DNA of 63,585 nt, filler included, from an uncultured bacterium (GCA_964371695.1; 30 parts of 30 records of this genome joined end to end with filler, not necessarily neighbours in it); one strand, 5' to 3'; counted from the first letter of the whole stretch, positions 19,862 to 30,609 are shown. Numbers and translations are program-made. Notes: generated from the letters alone by a model not told the origin.

Positions 19862-20867
19862 GGGTTTCCCCTTCCCTGGGCCAGGCCCGGTCAAACAGCC
19901 ACAGGATGTCGTTGCCCAGCGACAAACCCTGGGCGCGGCCAAAAGTCTTCAGGTCTTCCAGAAACCGCCGTTTGTCCTGGGGCTGATCCGACACCGCCTT
20001 GCCATAGCGGCGGATGAGATGAAACCACTTGCTGCGGTAAAACCCACGGTAAGCCCGGTGGAAAACCATCCGCCGCATCCGCCCCAGTGGGCTTGCGGCC
20101 ACCGCCGCCGCGCCGTGGTGCAGGCAGGTCCAGTAATTTTCGGCGTAGTGCAGATAATCGGCGTGACTCTGGCCGGGTTTGTGGGCGGTGTAGGCGTGGG
20201 CCGTCGTGGGCAACTGGCGCTTGAACAACGTGCCTTCGTGCTGATAACGCACCTCGCCGTGGCTCAGCAGGTGACAGACCAGAAAGAGGTCCGACATGGG
20301 GCCGGTGCCCGAACCATGGCCGCGAAAGGGGTCCAGATTTTTGATCAGGGTGCGGGGCATGAGGGAATAGGTCATCTGGAAATCGGGTCTGCGGCAGTAT
20401 TGATAAAAGTGGCGCAGGGAGCGGTTGTCGGGCGGGCTGTGGCGATTCCACTTGCGGGTGTCGGGCCGATCTATGATCTGCCCCGTTTCGTCCACGTCTA
20501 TCCAGCGGGTGAAGACAGCGCTTATGCCGTCTCCCTTGCCCCGCAGGTCCAGCAAGGTTTTCAGGCGGTCTTCGCGCCAGGGGTCGTCGTCTCCGGTGAG
20601 CATCACCCAGTCGCCCTCGCACAGCGCCAGGGCGCGGTTGAAGTTGGGCACCAGGCCGATGTTTTCGGCGTTGCGATACACCCGCAGCCGGGCATCCTGC
20701 CGACTCAGGCGGTGCAGGATGTCGGGGGTGTGGTCGTCGCTGGCGTTGTCCACCACGTGCAGCACCAGGTCGCCCACGCTCTGGCCCAGAATGCTGCGCA
20801 GGGTTTCCTCCAGAAACCGCGCCCGGTTGCGCGTGGGCATGCCGATGTGGACTGTCTTTGACGACAT
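19848..20867 (-). CDS. Glycosyltransferase family 2
   Basis: IGMPTRN, VVDNASDD, NIGLVPNFN, GDDD. Confidence 0.93.
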   Translation of the reverse strand: MSSKTVHIGMPTRNRARFLEETLRSILGQSVGDLVLHVVDNASDDHTPDILHRLSRQDARLRVYRNAENIGLVPNFNRALALCEGDWVMLTGDDDPWREDRLKTLLDLRGKGDGISAVFTRWIDVDETGQIIDRPDTRKWNRHSPPDNRSLRHFYQYCRRPDFQMTYSLMPRTLIKNLDPFRGHGSGTGPMSDLFLVCHLLSHGEVRYQHEGTLFKRQLPTTAHAYTAHKPGQSHADYLHYAENYWTCLHHGAAAVAASPLGRMRRMVFHRAYRGFYRSKWFHLIRRYGKAVSDQPQDKRRFLEDLKTFGRAQGLSLGNDILWLFDRAWPREGETLVRA

Positions 20868-20873
20868 GGCGGC

Positions 20874-20879
20874 ATGTTA
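20874..20879 (-). promoter_or_regulatory. -10 box TAACAT, 6 nt before GT2 ATG
   Basis: TAACAT-gccgcc-ATG on the minus strand. Confidence 0.65.
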
Positions 20880-21022
20880 CAGGTTTCAGGCTTATGGCTG
20901 GAGTTTGGATGTCAGAGGTCGGAAGTCGGAAAAAGAAAAGGCCCCGTCCTTCGCCGTCATTCCCGCGAAAGCGGCAGTCCGGTCAAAAAATGGGTAAACA
21001 ACCGTTGTCCGGTGACACCGCA

Positions 21023-21048
21023 GTAGCCACGGGCGTCTCGCCTGTGGC
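21023..21048. repeat. GTAG-type REP GTAGCCACGGGCGTCTCGCCTGTGGC (representative)
   Basis: Identical at 29253-29278 and in reverse at 53152-53177; variant at 57271-57296. Confidence 0.9.
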
Positions 21049-21185
21049 ATCAAAATAAAAGCAAAAAACAAGCTTTGATGGCGTTGTTGCATGAATCGGA
21101 AATGGGCACGAAAAAGGGCAAAAAGAGAGCGAAATCAGAGGTTTGAATAAAAAGCAGGGGCGCGGAGCGCCCCCANNNNNNNNNN

Positions 21186-21347
21186 GAGGTGGCCCATCTG
21201 GCCGATGTCACGCGGGGAAACCCCAAGGCGCTGGAGCGGGAATATGGCGCGTTTGACGCCGCCGAAAAAGGCAAGTCGGGCGTGGAGTTCCTGCTTGGTC
21301 CGGGACTGCCCGATGAACCCGGCCCAGAGCCCACGGTGTCGGGATAG
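21186..21347 (+). CDS. 3' fragment of an uncalled gene after internal gap
   Basis: Open frame EVAHLADVTRGNPKALEREYGAFDAAEKGKSGVEFLLG..SG* with host-like codons; absent from the ORF track because it lacks a start. Confidence 0.5.
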   Translation, partial: EVAHLADVTRGNPKALEREYGAFDAAEKGKSGVEFLLGPGLPDEPGPEPTVSG

Positions 21348-21464
21348 ATCTGAGAACAGCAGGGGGTTCCTGCCAAAACAAAAACCCCTCTCCCGTGCTT
21401 TGCATGGGAGAGGGTGGTTGGTGCCGGAGCGAAGCGCAGGCAACAACCGGGTGAGGGCGATGTA

Positions 21465-21559
21465 ATACCAATTTTCAACCAAAACAACATTAACTCTGAG
21501 CGATGAACCAGTTTGGAAACGGGTGCTGCGAAGTCAGACGGTTTGGTGAAAATTGGTAT
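21465..21559. mobile_element. ~94-bp MITE copy
   Basis: Perfect 12-bp TIR ATACCAATTTTC / GAAAATTGGTAT. Confidence 0.8.
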
Positions 21560-21736
21560 GAATTCATGGATGAATTCGACCCGAACACCGAGGCCCCACG
21601 CGACAGGAGGTCGCGTGAAGGCCGCCGAGGGTGGCTNNNNNNNNNNNNNNNNNNNNNNNNNNNNNNNNNNNNNNNNNNNNTTAATTAATTAANNNNNNNN
21701 NNNNNNNNNNNNNNNNNNNNNNNNNNNNNNNNNNNN

Positions 21737-22400
21737 GATGCACCGTGTCCACCGCCACCGTGCCAGTGAGTTGTGTGGTGTTCGCGCCGAGTACCACGTT
21801 GATGCCCAGGCGCTTGATGGCGCGTTGCACCAGCTCGCCGCCTTTCTGGTCCAGTTGCTGATCCATCAGCCACTGGCCCAGATGCACCACCGTCACGCTC
21901 ATGCCCTGCACTTGCAGGCCCCTGGCGCATTCCAGCCCCAGCAGGCCGCCGCCAATCACCACAGCCTTGCCGCCGTGGCGGGCGCGGGCCAGCAGGCGTT
22001 TGGTGTCGTCCAGCGTGCGGAAGACCTCCACGCTGTCCAGATGCGTGCCTGAGATGGGCGGAATGAACGCCTTGGAGCCGGTGGCCAGCAGCAATTTGTC
22101 GTAGGGATAAATCCCCGCTTCGGTCTGAATGGTGCGCTCGCGCCGGTTCAGCGCCAGCACCCGTTCGCCCACCCTGAGGCCGATGCCGTGGTTTTCATAC
22201 CACTGCACCGGGTTGAGGATCAGGTCATCGGCGGTTTTTTCGCCGCTGAGCAGGTTGGAGAGTCCGATGCGGTTGTAATTGACGTGGGTTTCATCGCCAA
22301 AGACAGTGATGTCATAGGGCTTTTTGTAGCGCAGTATGTTGGCCAGACAGGCCATACCGGCCATGCCGTTGCCAATGACGAGCAGTTTGGGTGGCTTCAT
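21737..22400 (-). CDS. nirB: NAD(P)H nitrite reductase large subunit-like flavoprotein, 3' truncated
   Basis: LLVIGNGMAG, NYNRIGLS, LATGS, IGGGLLGLE; SD AGGAGG; ATGA overlap with the nitrate reductase. Confidence 0.85.
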
Positions 22401-23786
22401 GACATCCTCCTGTTGGTTTTGGTGGGGTTGGCGCTCAGGGCTTCCACGCGCACGGCGCATTGTTTGAAATTCGGCTCACGGCTGATGGGGCACACCAGGT
22501 TGAGGGTGAGGTGATTGACGTTGGCTTCGTGAAAATGAAAGGGGACGAACACCTGGCCCGGCGGCACGATTTGTGTGAGCCGCACGGCGATGCGCTCCAC
22601 CACGCCACGGGGTGACACCAGCCGGGCATAATCTCCCTGTTTCAGGCCAAGGGGTGCGGCGTTGGCGGGGTTGATTTCCACCCAGGCTTCGGGCGAAAGT
22701 TTTTCCAGTATGGGCACCTCCTTTGTTTTGGTGCGGGTGTGCCAATGCTCCACGGTGCGGCCCGTGTTGAGCAAAAGGGGATATTCCTCGCTGGGGGTTT
22801 CGGGCATGGCTTCGGGTTTCACCACCCAGAACTTCGCCTTGCCGCCGGGGTGCTGAAACTGGCCGTCGGCGTAGAGCCGTGTGTTGGCCACAGGTGCTTC
22901 ACCCCGCCCAAGCGGCCACTGCACGGGGCCGTTTTGTTGCAGCAGGTCATAACTGATGCCGCTGTAATCACACAGGCGGCCCTCACTCACTTTCCGCCAT
23001 TCATTAAAAGCGTCTTCCGGTTTTTCCCAGCCGGGGAAGATTTCTTCGCGGCAGCCGAGTTTTGCGGCCAGCCGCAGAAAGATTTCAAAATCTGACAGCG
23101 CTTCGCCCGGCGGGTTCACCGCCTTATTGAACTTGCTCACGCGGCGTTCGGAGTTGGTCATGACGCCTTCTTTTTCTCCCCAGATGGCGGCGGGCAGCAG
23201 CAGATGCGCCAGCTCTGAGGTGGGGGTGGGGTGGAAACCGTCCTGCACCACCAGAAAGGACAAATCCTCCAGCGCCTGACGCAGCATGTTCTGGTTGGGG
23301 AAACTCACCAGCGGATTGGTGCCGATGATCCACAGGTTTTTGATTTCACGCCGCAGCACCGCCTCGATGATGTCGGGATAAGCCAGGCCGCGGGCCGTGG
23401 GCAGACGCTCGATGGGCAGGTTCCACAGGTTCGCCAGTTCGCGCCGGTGTTCGGGATTGTCATAGGCCCGGTAACCGGGCATGGAGGCGGTGAAGCCCCC
23501 CTCGCGGGTGCCCATGGCGTTGCATTGGCCGGTGATGGAAAAAGGCGCCGCGCCGGGTTTGCCGATCTGTCCCAGGGCGAGAGACAGGTTGCACAGGGCG
23601 TTGACCGTTTCAGTGCCCTGGGTGCTGTGGTTCACCCCCATCGTCCAGCCGATGAAAAGCGACTTTGCCTGGGCAATGTGCCGGGCCGCCAAAAGCAACT
23701 CCGCCAGACCCACGCCGGTGTCGCGGGCGGCTTCTTCAAGCCCATAACCCCTGAGGAATTTTTTGAGGTCGTCGAAGCCTTCGGTG
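22397..23786 (-). CDS. nasA: Assimilatory nitrate reductase catalytic (molybdopterin) subunit, 5' truncated
   Basis: WTMGVNHSTQG, PFSITGQCNAMGTRE, EKEGVMTNSERR, LNTGRTVEHWHTRTKT, PISREPNFKQCAV. Confidence 0.9.
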
Positions 23787-23962
23787 NNNNNNNNNNNNNN
23801 NNNNNNNNNNNNNNNNNNNNNNNNNNNNNNTTAATTAATTAANNNNNNNNNNNNNNNNNNNNNNNNNNNNNNNNNNNNNNNNNNNNCCTGCAAGCGGTAA
23901 AATCCATCCATGGATTTTTCAGGGTGTTTATCAACACCCTGTTGGTTCATTTTCCACAGACC

Positions 23963-25935
23963 TCAGTTCTGCCTTGCCAGCACATCCTGCACCTGATTCA
24001 GCTTCACGCTCACAATCTTGCTGATGCCGTCTTCTTCCATCGTCACGCCCAGCAGCGCGTCGGCGGCCTCCATGGTGCGTTTGTTGTGGGTGATGACGAT
24101 GAACTGCACCCCCTGGGCGAACTCCCGCAGAAACTTGGTGAAACGCACGGTGTTGGGTTCATCCAGCGCCGCCTCGATTTCATCCAGCAGACAAAAGGGG
24201 CTGGGTTTGACCTTGAGGATGGAGAACAGCAGGGTGATGGCCGTGAGGGTCTGCTCGCCGCCGCTCAGGCGGGTGAGGGGGCCACGGGCCTTGCCGGGCA
24301 TCTGCACCAGAATCTCGATGCCACTTTCCAGCGGGCTTTCCGGCTCAAGCAGGCACAGGTCGCCGGTGCCGCCGGGCACCATGCCCGAAAACAGATCCCC
24401 AAAAGCCACCTTCACCGCCTCAAAGGTGGCCAGGAACGCCTCTTTGGTCTGTTCTTCGATGCGGCCGATCATTTCCAGCAGTTTTTGACGGGCCTCGAAC
24501 AGGTCTTCGTAGTGGGTTTTGAGAAACACCAGCCGGGCCTGCACGCTCTGTTTTTCGCGAATGGCCCCCAGGTTCACAAACCCCATGTCCCGCAGTTCGT
24601 CTTTCAGGCGTTTCACCTCGGCCCGCACGCCATATTCCAGGGGCGTGTCGGCGTTCAGGGCTTCTTCGATATCCTCGTCGGTCAGGCCCAGCAGTTCCTT
24701 GCCCTGGGTGAGCATTTCCTCTTGTCGGCTTTGCAGGCGCGCCTCGCGCAGGCGTTCGTTTTCCAGACGTTCGCGGGCGGCGCGGTGCTGCTCGGCCAGG
24801 GTTTTGCGGCGGTGCTGCAACTGGGCCAGTTCCTCATGCACCTTCACCTCGTGGCTGGTGGCGCTTTCGGTCTGTGTCTGCAACGCCCCCAGCCGGTGGG
24901 TCAACTCGGCGGTGGCCTGCTCATATTCCTGCTCAAAATTGCCCAGTGAGTGCAGTTCCTCGCGGGTGTGGCTCAGGGTTTTCTGCACCTCGGCCAGGGT
25001 CTCTTTCAGGCGAGCCTGTTCGGCCAGCAGGTTTTTTTCCAGGGCCTGGGTCTGGGCCAGTTGCCCCAACACTTCGCTCAGTTCCAGGCGGGCCGCCGAA
25101 AGCGCCTTGTCCTGTTCCTCTTTCTGCCGCAACAGTTCTTCCTGATGAGCCGCCAGTGTGTTGCGCTCCTCTTGCAGGCGGCTGTGGGTTTCTTCGTGGG
25201 TGTTCAGCTCAAGCGTGAGTTTTTCCTGCTCGGCGGCCTCGGCCCGGCCTTTTTCTTCCATTTCCGACTGTTCCTGCTGCTTCTGCGCCAGTTCGCGGCC
25301 CAGTTGTTCCTGCTGGCGGGTGAGCTGGCTGACCTGCTCTTTGGCCACGGCCAGGGCGCGCTGGGTCTGATCCACCAGCAGGGCCAGTTCGTCGGTCTTC
25401 TGGCGGGCCTGCTGCATGGCGGCGCGGGTGGCGTCCACCTCGGCGTCAATAGACCCCTGGCGGGCGCGAAGGGTTTGCAGCGAAGCCGCCAGTTTGTCCA
25501 GTTGATCTTTGCGGCGCAGTGGGCTGGCAGCGGCGGCTTTGCCCCGGCCCCCCGTCAGCAGGCCGCCGGGCTGGCGCACCTGCCCCTGGGCGCTCACTTG
25601 TGTGAGGCTGTCGTCTTCGGTGAAATTTTCCACCAGCACCACCTGACCCAGCAGACGGTGCAGCAGGGGCGTGAGCGCGGCCTGGGCCTGCACCCGGCGG
25701 GNNNNNNNNNNGCCAATGACTGGCCGTGGAGCGCGGCGGCGGGGGCAGCGCCCCCACCCCACAAAATGGCCCGGCCCTTTTGCTCTTTGTTCAGCCAGTC
25801 GAGCGCGGCGGCGGCCTGTTCGGGGGTCTCAAAAACAGCGGTTTGCAGGTGAGGCCCAAGGGCGGCCTCCAGGGCGTCGAGTGTTTCGGTGGGGGCCTTC
25901 AGCAGCTCGCCCAGCACACCCACAAACCCCTGCAC
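23963..25935 (-). CDS. smc: Chromosome segregation protein SMC, C-terminal part (internal gap)
   Basis: Hinge remnant, long coiled coil, GFVNLGAI, LSGGEQ, PFCLLDEIEAALD, QFIVITH. Confidence 0.95.
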
Positions 25936-26035
25936 NNNNNNNNNNNNNNNNNNNNNNNNNNNNNNNNNNNNNNNNNNNNTTAATTAATTAANNNNNNNNN
26001 NNNNNNNNNNNNNNNNNNNNNNNNNNNNNNNNNNN

Positions 26036-26936
26036 GGCCATAGGCCCCGTTCACCTTGTGGTCAAACTCACCCAGCACAAACAGGTGGGGAGTGACCTGA
26101 AAGTTTTTGCCCGCCTGAGCGCTGTGTCTGAGCAGGCGGTTTTTCTGCACGAACACGGCGCTGCCCACGCCCCCCATGCTCAGCACCACCACCTGGGCTT
26201 GCACCCGCACACTGCCCACCGCCTTGCCGGTGGCGGGGTCACGCACCGTGGCCAAGAGGCCGCTCACGCGGGGCGGCGCGCCGCTGATAAAAAGCCGCGT
26301 GACCTGGGTGTCGGTGAGAATGGGCACACCGGCGGCGTCCAGCTCTGGAATGCTGGTGACCAGTTGGCTCTGTTTTTTGTCGTAGGGGCAGCCGATGAGG
26401 CAGGTGCCCGCGCCGATGCAGTTGCGCCGTGCGTGGCGGGCGGGCTGACCGTGCCAGCCCAGTTTTTCGATGCCCTTGCGGATCAGGCGGTTGTTCTCGT
26501 TGAGTTCCGCCTCGGTGGCGTCATGCACACCCAGATAATCTTCCACCTGTTCATAAAGCGGATTCAGTGTGTCTTCGTTCACCCAATCCAGGCCGTGTTT
26601 TTCGCGCCACTGTGTCATCTTGAAACCGGGCAGGCGAAAACTGTTGGCCATGTAATGCACCGTGCTGCCCCCCAACACGCGGCCATAGAGAATGGCGCTG
26701 GAAAAATCACTCGGCCCGGTGCGCGCACCGCCTTCATAAAGCAGGTCATACATGGTGGCCTCGCGCTGGTTGAAACGGCTGCTGGGCACATGGGCCCCCT
26801 GCTCCAGCAACAGCACCTCCACACCCTTTTGCATCAGGGCGCGGGCCAACATGCTGCCCCCCGCGCCAGAGCCGATGATGGCCACCTGGGTGGTGAAGGT
26901 TTTTTCTCCCCGCAGGGTGCTGGCGCTGTGCATCAT
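26036..26936 (-). CDS. GMC family oxidoreductase, 3' truncated
   Basis: IIGSGAGG, GRVLGGSTV, CIGAGTCLIGC. Confidence 0.9.
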
Positions 26937-26954
26937 GGCTCGCCCCCCCGGCCC

Positions 26955-27363
26955 TGAGAGTCTGTTTGAAAAGTCCGTCGCTGACTTTTCATGCCGATTC
27001 CAATTCCAGATAGCAGGAATTGGAATCGGCCATTCGGCCTAGCCGTTCGTCCTGAACGGCTACGGCCCGGCGCGGCGCAGGCAGAGCCAGCTTCGCGCCG
27101 CGAACATCGGCGGCCCTGTTGGGGCCTTGATGTTCGGAGCGAATTCATCCATGAATTCATGCCAATTCTTTTCCTCCTCTTGGGTTTAATCCTCTCTGGC
27201 AGACTGGCCACCTTTCACCAGGTTTCCCGCTGTCTCGGTTTAGAATTGACATCAAACTTACCGCCTTCGGAGGCAAAGCCTCCTCGCCGGACGAAAGCCT
27301 CAACTTTTTCAAAGTCTTGGCTTTAGGGGCAGGCCATCCCTGGCCTGCAAGGGCCTGTTCAAA
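26955..27363. repeat. Composite palindromic repeat cluster containing a diverged MITE (27159-27252)
   Basis: Modules shared with 2191-2440; several hairpins, e.g. GCCGATTCCAATTCC..GGAATTGGAATCGGC. Confidence 0.75.
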
Positions 27364-27375
27364 GTGGTCCATGTT

Positions 27376-27963
27376 TCACATGCCCCGCTTTTCAGACAGG
27401 CCCTTTGGCCCCACCCACGGCCCGGCATATTCCAGCGCGGGCCAGCTTTGGGGGTGGGTGTAGTAGGTATAGAACACCAGTTGTTTAAGCGCCGAAAACC
27501 CCACCCGTTTCACCTTCAGGCCACTGTTCATCCAGCCTTTGACATAACGATGCCGCTCGGCCTCGCTCAGACTGCTGAAAACTCCCGCCGCCGGACCCAT
27601 CACCACGGCAAATGCCTCAAAGGCATAGAGCAGGCTCTTGAGGTCCCGGCGCTCGGCCCTGGTGATATGACCGATTTTTTCGTCCAGCCGCTGAAGCATC
27701 GACACGTCTTCGAGCGTGGGAAAACCCTCTTCTGGCGGCAACATCACGCCTGCCAGATGCAGCAGGGTTTCGGCTTCGCGTTCGTCGAGGTAATGCAGCC
27801 CGGCGGGCAGCTTTACCCTGCGGCGCAGCACATGCCGCCCCACGCCCCCCAGCCCCAGCAACACCACCAGCGCCGCCGTGCGCTTGAGAAACACCCGCCG
27901 GGTGCTGCGGTCCTGGGGGAGAAGCGGGTTTTCCTGGGGGCTGTCACCCTGCGGGGCGCTCAC
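27376..27963 (-). CDS. Tat-signal gluconate-2-dehydrogenase subunit 3-like partner of the GMC enzyme
   Basis: STRRVFLK twin-arginine motif; C-terminal YYTHPQSWPALEYAGP. Confidence 0.7.
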   Translation of the reverse strand: MSAPQGDSPQENPLLPQDRSTRRVFLKRTAALVVLLGLGGVGRHVLRRRVKLPAGLHYLDEREAETLLHLAGVMLPPEEGFPTLEDVSMLQRLDEKIGHITRAERRDLKSLLYAFEAFAVVMGPAAGVFSSLSEAERHRYVKGWMNSGLKVKRVGFSALKQLVFYTYYTHPQSWPALEYAGPWVGPKGLSEKRGM

Positions 27964-27969
27964 GGTAAA

Positions 27970-27975
27970 AGTGTA
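27970..27975 (-). promoter_or_regulatory. -10 box TACACT, 6 nt before Tat-protein GTG
   Basis: TACACT-tttacc-GTG on the minus strand. Confidence 0.65.
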
Positions 27976-28177
27976 ACAGGGTGCTGGGACTTTCCGTCAT
28001 GGAGGCTATTCAGAAACGAACATCGACTTTTCCCCTCTCCCCTTTATGGGGAGAGGAAGCCCCGAAGGGGCAGGTAANNNNNNNNNNNNNNNNNNNNNNN
28101 NNNNNNNNNNNNNNNNNNNNNTTAATTAATTAANNNNNNNNNNNNNNNNNNNNNNNNNNNNNNNNNNNNNNNNNNNN

Positions 28178-28538
28178 GGCCTATGGTTTTGTGGACGTGG
28201 CGCTGGAAGGGATGCGGGGGCTGGGGTCTGGCGACGTGCTGGTGACCTGGAACCCCAAGACGCTGCGTTTTGTGCGCCAGAGTGACGGCACCCTCAGTTT
28301 CTGGCCCGGTTTTGCTGTCAAAGGGGGCGTGAAGGCGTCCAAGGCATTGGCCAGCTTCACCCTCAAGTCAGGCAGTCAGGCTTTTGACGGCGCGGACAGC
28401 ATCCAGCGGCTGCACTTCAAGGTGCTTTCGCATAATCCTGAAATTTGTGTTCAAGGCGGTCTGGCAACGTCGGATAATAAGGTCATCCAACCGCCGGGCC
28501 AGGGGGCAGCAGGCCGTCATTGTCTGGGCCAGCCCTGA
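28178..28538 (+). CDS. Hypothetical protein C-terminus, possibly cohesin-like beta-sandwich
   Basis: VDVALEG..GDVLVTWNPKTLRFV..IQRLHFKV; 5' truncated. Confidence 0.35.
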
Positions 28539-28562
28539 GCACACACCAAGGAGCCACTCACC

Positions 28563-29192
28563 ATGTCCCGTTTCAAAACCGCCGTTTTCGCCCTCGCGCT
28601 GGGCAGCACACTGGTGCTGGGCCAGTCCCGCGCCGCCACCCTCAGCGACATTCCCGGCGGCCACTGGAGCAAACAGGCCGCCAGCGAACTGGTGGACAAG
28701 GGCTTCATGGCGTTGTTTGAAGACGGCACCTTTCGGGGCGACGTGGCCCTGAGCCGCTATGCCTTTGTCAGCGCCATGGCCAAACTGCTGGCCGAGATGG
28801 ACAAACTCAAGGCAGCCCCCGGCGGCGGTGGCGGTAGCGACACCGCCGAACTCAAACAATTGCTCACCCAGGTCAAAACCGCCCTGGGACAGCTTGAAAC
28901 CGCCCAGCAGCAACTGGGTGTGAGCAGCCAGAAAACCGGCGAGAGTCAGGAAGTGCTGGAGCGCGACGTGACCAAACTCATGGACAACACCAACACGCGC
29001 ATGAAAAAGCTGGAGGGCAATCTGGCCGACATGGCTGATGACATGCGCGAGCGCGACGCCCGGCTCAAGGCCGAGATCACGGCGCTGAACGAAAGCCTGA
29101 CCCGCGCCGAGAAGAAAAACGCCAGGTCGCGGTCCATGTTGTGGCTGGGTGTGGTGGCCGCCGCCGCCGTGGGCGTGGCCACGGGCAACTGA
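28563..29192 (+). CDS. SLH + coiled-coil + C-terminal hydrophobic anchor protein
   Basis: SD AAGGAG, signal peptide, SLH LSDIPGGHWS..FEDGTFRG..SRY, heptad-rich helix, MLWLGVVAAAAVGVA tail. Confidence 0.85.
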   Translation: MSRFKTAVFALALGSTLVLGQSRAATLSDIPGGHWSKQAASELVDKGFMALFEDGTFRGDVALSRYAFVSAMAKLLAEMDKLKAAPGGGGGSDTAELKQLLTQVKTALGQLETAQQQLGVSSQKTGESQEVLERDVTKLMDNTNTRMKKLEGNLADMADDMRERDARLKAEITALNESLTRAEKKNARSRSMLWLGVVAAAAVGVATGN

Positions 29193-29225
29193 GTCAGAGG
29201 AATATCACCTCCCTCGCTCCCCCAC

Positions 29226-29429
29226 CGTCATTCCCCAGGAGGCGGTGCGGCAGTAGCCACGGGCGTCTCGCCTGTGGCAAAAACAAAAACCAAAAACCCT
29301 TTTCTGTTTTCTTGCTGGTGGCGCAGGCATCTTGCCTGCGTTCATATAAAAGGGCAGGCAAGATGCCTGCCCCACCAGAGCTGGTTTTTTCTTGTGTCTG
29401 ACTGGATTCCCGCTTTCGCGGGAATGACG
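29226..29429. repeat. Composite REP element (degenerate CGTC REP, GTAG REP, GTGG REP doublet, CGTC REP)
   Basis: Doublet CTGGTGGCGCAGGCATCTTGCCTGC..GCAGGCAAGATGCCTGCCCCACCAG at 29315-29378; single arms also at 6594-6618 and 38941-38963. Confidence 0.85.
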
Positions 29430-29466
29430 GCAGCTCGTCCTCTGTTGTGCCCACCGCCCCGGCACT

Positions 29467-29472
29467 TACAAT
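29467..29472 (+). promoter_or_regulatory. -10 box TACAAT, 6 nt before FecR-like ATG
   Basis: TACAAT-cccccc-ATG. Confidence 0.65.
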
Positions 29473-29478
29473 CCCCCC

Positions 29479-30102
29479 ATGCGCCTGGGCCGCCTGTGGG
29501 GAATGAGCCTGTTGTGTCTGGGGCTGCTTTTGGCCCGCGCCCAGGCCGCGCCGGAGTCTTATACCCGGCCCTTTCAGGTGCTGCCCGCCGAGGTGGTTTA
29601 TCTGTATGGCGCGGTGAATCTGATGAACGCGCCGGGTTATGAAGTGAACGCCATTCTGGGGGACCAGTTGAACGACGGCGAAGTGCTGCTGCTGGGGCCG
29701 GGGGCCAAGGCCACGCTGCGGCTTAAAGACGGCACGCGCATCACCATCAAGGGCGCGGCGCGACTGTTGCTGCGGCCCCTGCCCGGCCCCAGTGCGCAGG
29801 AGGCCGCCGAAATCATCATGACCCGTGGGCGTTTTCTGGTGCAGCGGGCCCCTGGTCATGGTCCCCGGCCTTATTACCGTCTGGTGAGCGCCTGCGGTGT
29901 GGTGGTGGATGGCGGCCAGAGTTTTGAAGTGCAAAGCCAGCAGACCGGCTGCCTCTATGACGGCCTGGACCTGACCGGCGGCGTGGACACGGCGGTGGTG
30001 GGGGTGTTCTCTGGTTATGGCCACGCTCCCTGGCGGGGACGTCACCGGGGCTGGGTGTTTGAGCGCGACCCCCTGTGGCACACCGGCCCGGCCGGGCCGT
30101 GA
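29479..30102 (+). CDS. Exported FecR-like domain protein
   Basis: Signal peptide; GDQL..GPGAKATLRLKDGTRITI FecR-type pattern. Confidence 0.5.
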   Translation: MRLGRLWGMSLLCLGLLLARAQAAPESYTRPFQVLPAEVVYLYGAVNLMNAPGYEVNAILGDQLNDGEVLLLGPGAKATLRLKDGTRITIKGAARLLLRPLPGPSAQEAAEIIMTRGRFLVQRAPGHGPRPYYRLVSACGVVVDGGQSFEVQSQQTGCLYDGLDLTGGVDTAVVGVFSGYGHAPWRGRHRGWVFERDPLWHTGPAGP

Positions 30103-30313
30103 TTGAAACGTGTTTCAATGGAGAAGGCGCGACGCCCATTGCTGTCCGGTTTATTGGTAGCCCCGGCGTCCCGCCGGGGGTAAAAAAAAAACCCGGAGGC
30201 GTCAACAAAAAGGNNNNNNNNNNNNNNNNNNNNNNNNNNNNNNNNNNNNNNNNNNNNTTAATTAATTAANNNNNNNNNNNNNNNNNNNNNNNNNNNNNNN
30301 NNNNNNNNNNNNN

Positions 30314-30576
30314 TAGTCGGCGTGGCCGGGGCAGTCCACGTGGGCGTAGTGGCGGTTGGCGGTTTCATATTCCACGTGGGCGGTGCTGATGGTGATGCCG
30401 CGCTCGCGCTCTTCGGGGGCCTTGTCGATTTCGTCATAGGCCACAAACTTGGCCCCGCCGGTTTCGGCAAGCACCTTGGTGATCGCGGCGGTGAGCGACG
30501 TCTTTCCGTGATCGACGTGTCCGATCGTTCCCACGTTCACGTGGGGCTTGTTCCGTTCAAATTTCTCTCTGGCCAT
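30314..30576 (-). CDS. tuf: Elongation factor Tu, N-terminal fragment
   Basis: [31 protein letters not shown]. Confidence 0.99.
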
Positions 30577-30609
30577 GGCGGGCGGCTCCTTTTCGTGATG
30601 GGGTAAGAA

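Noticed and set aside
30314-30576. Alphaproteobacteria-like EF-Tu N-terminus ([18 protein letters not shown]) as transfer or contamination
   Set aside because: Only 87 residues of a highly conserved protein; not decidable without a tree.
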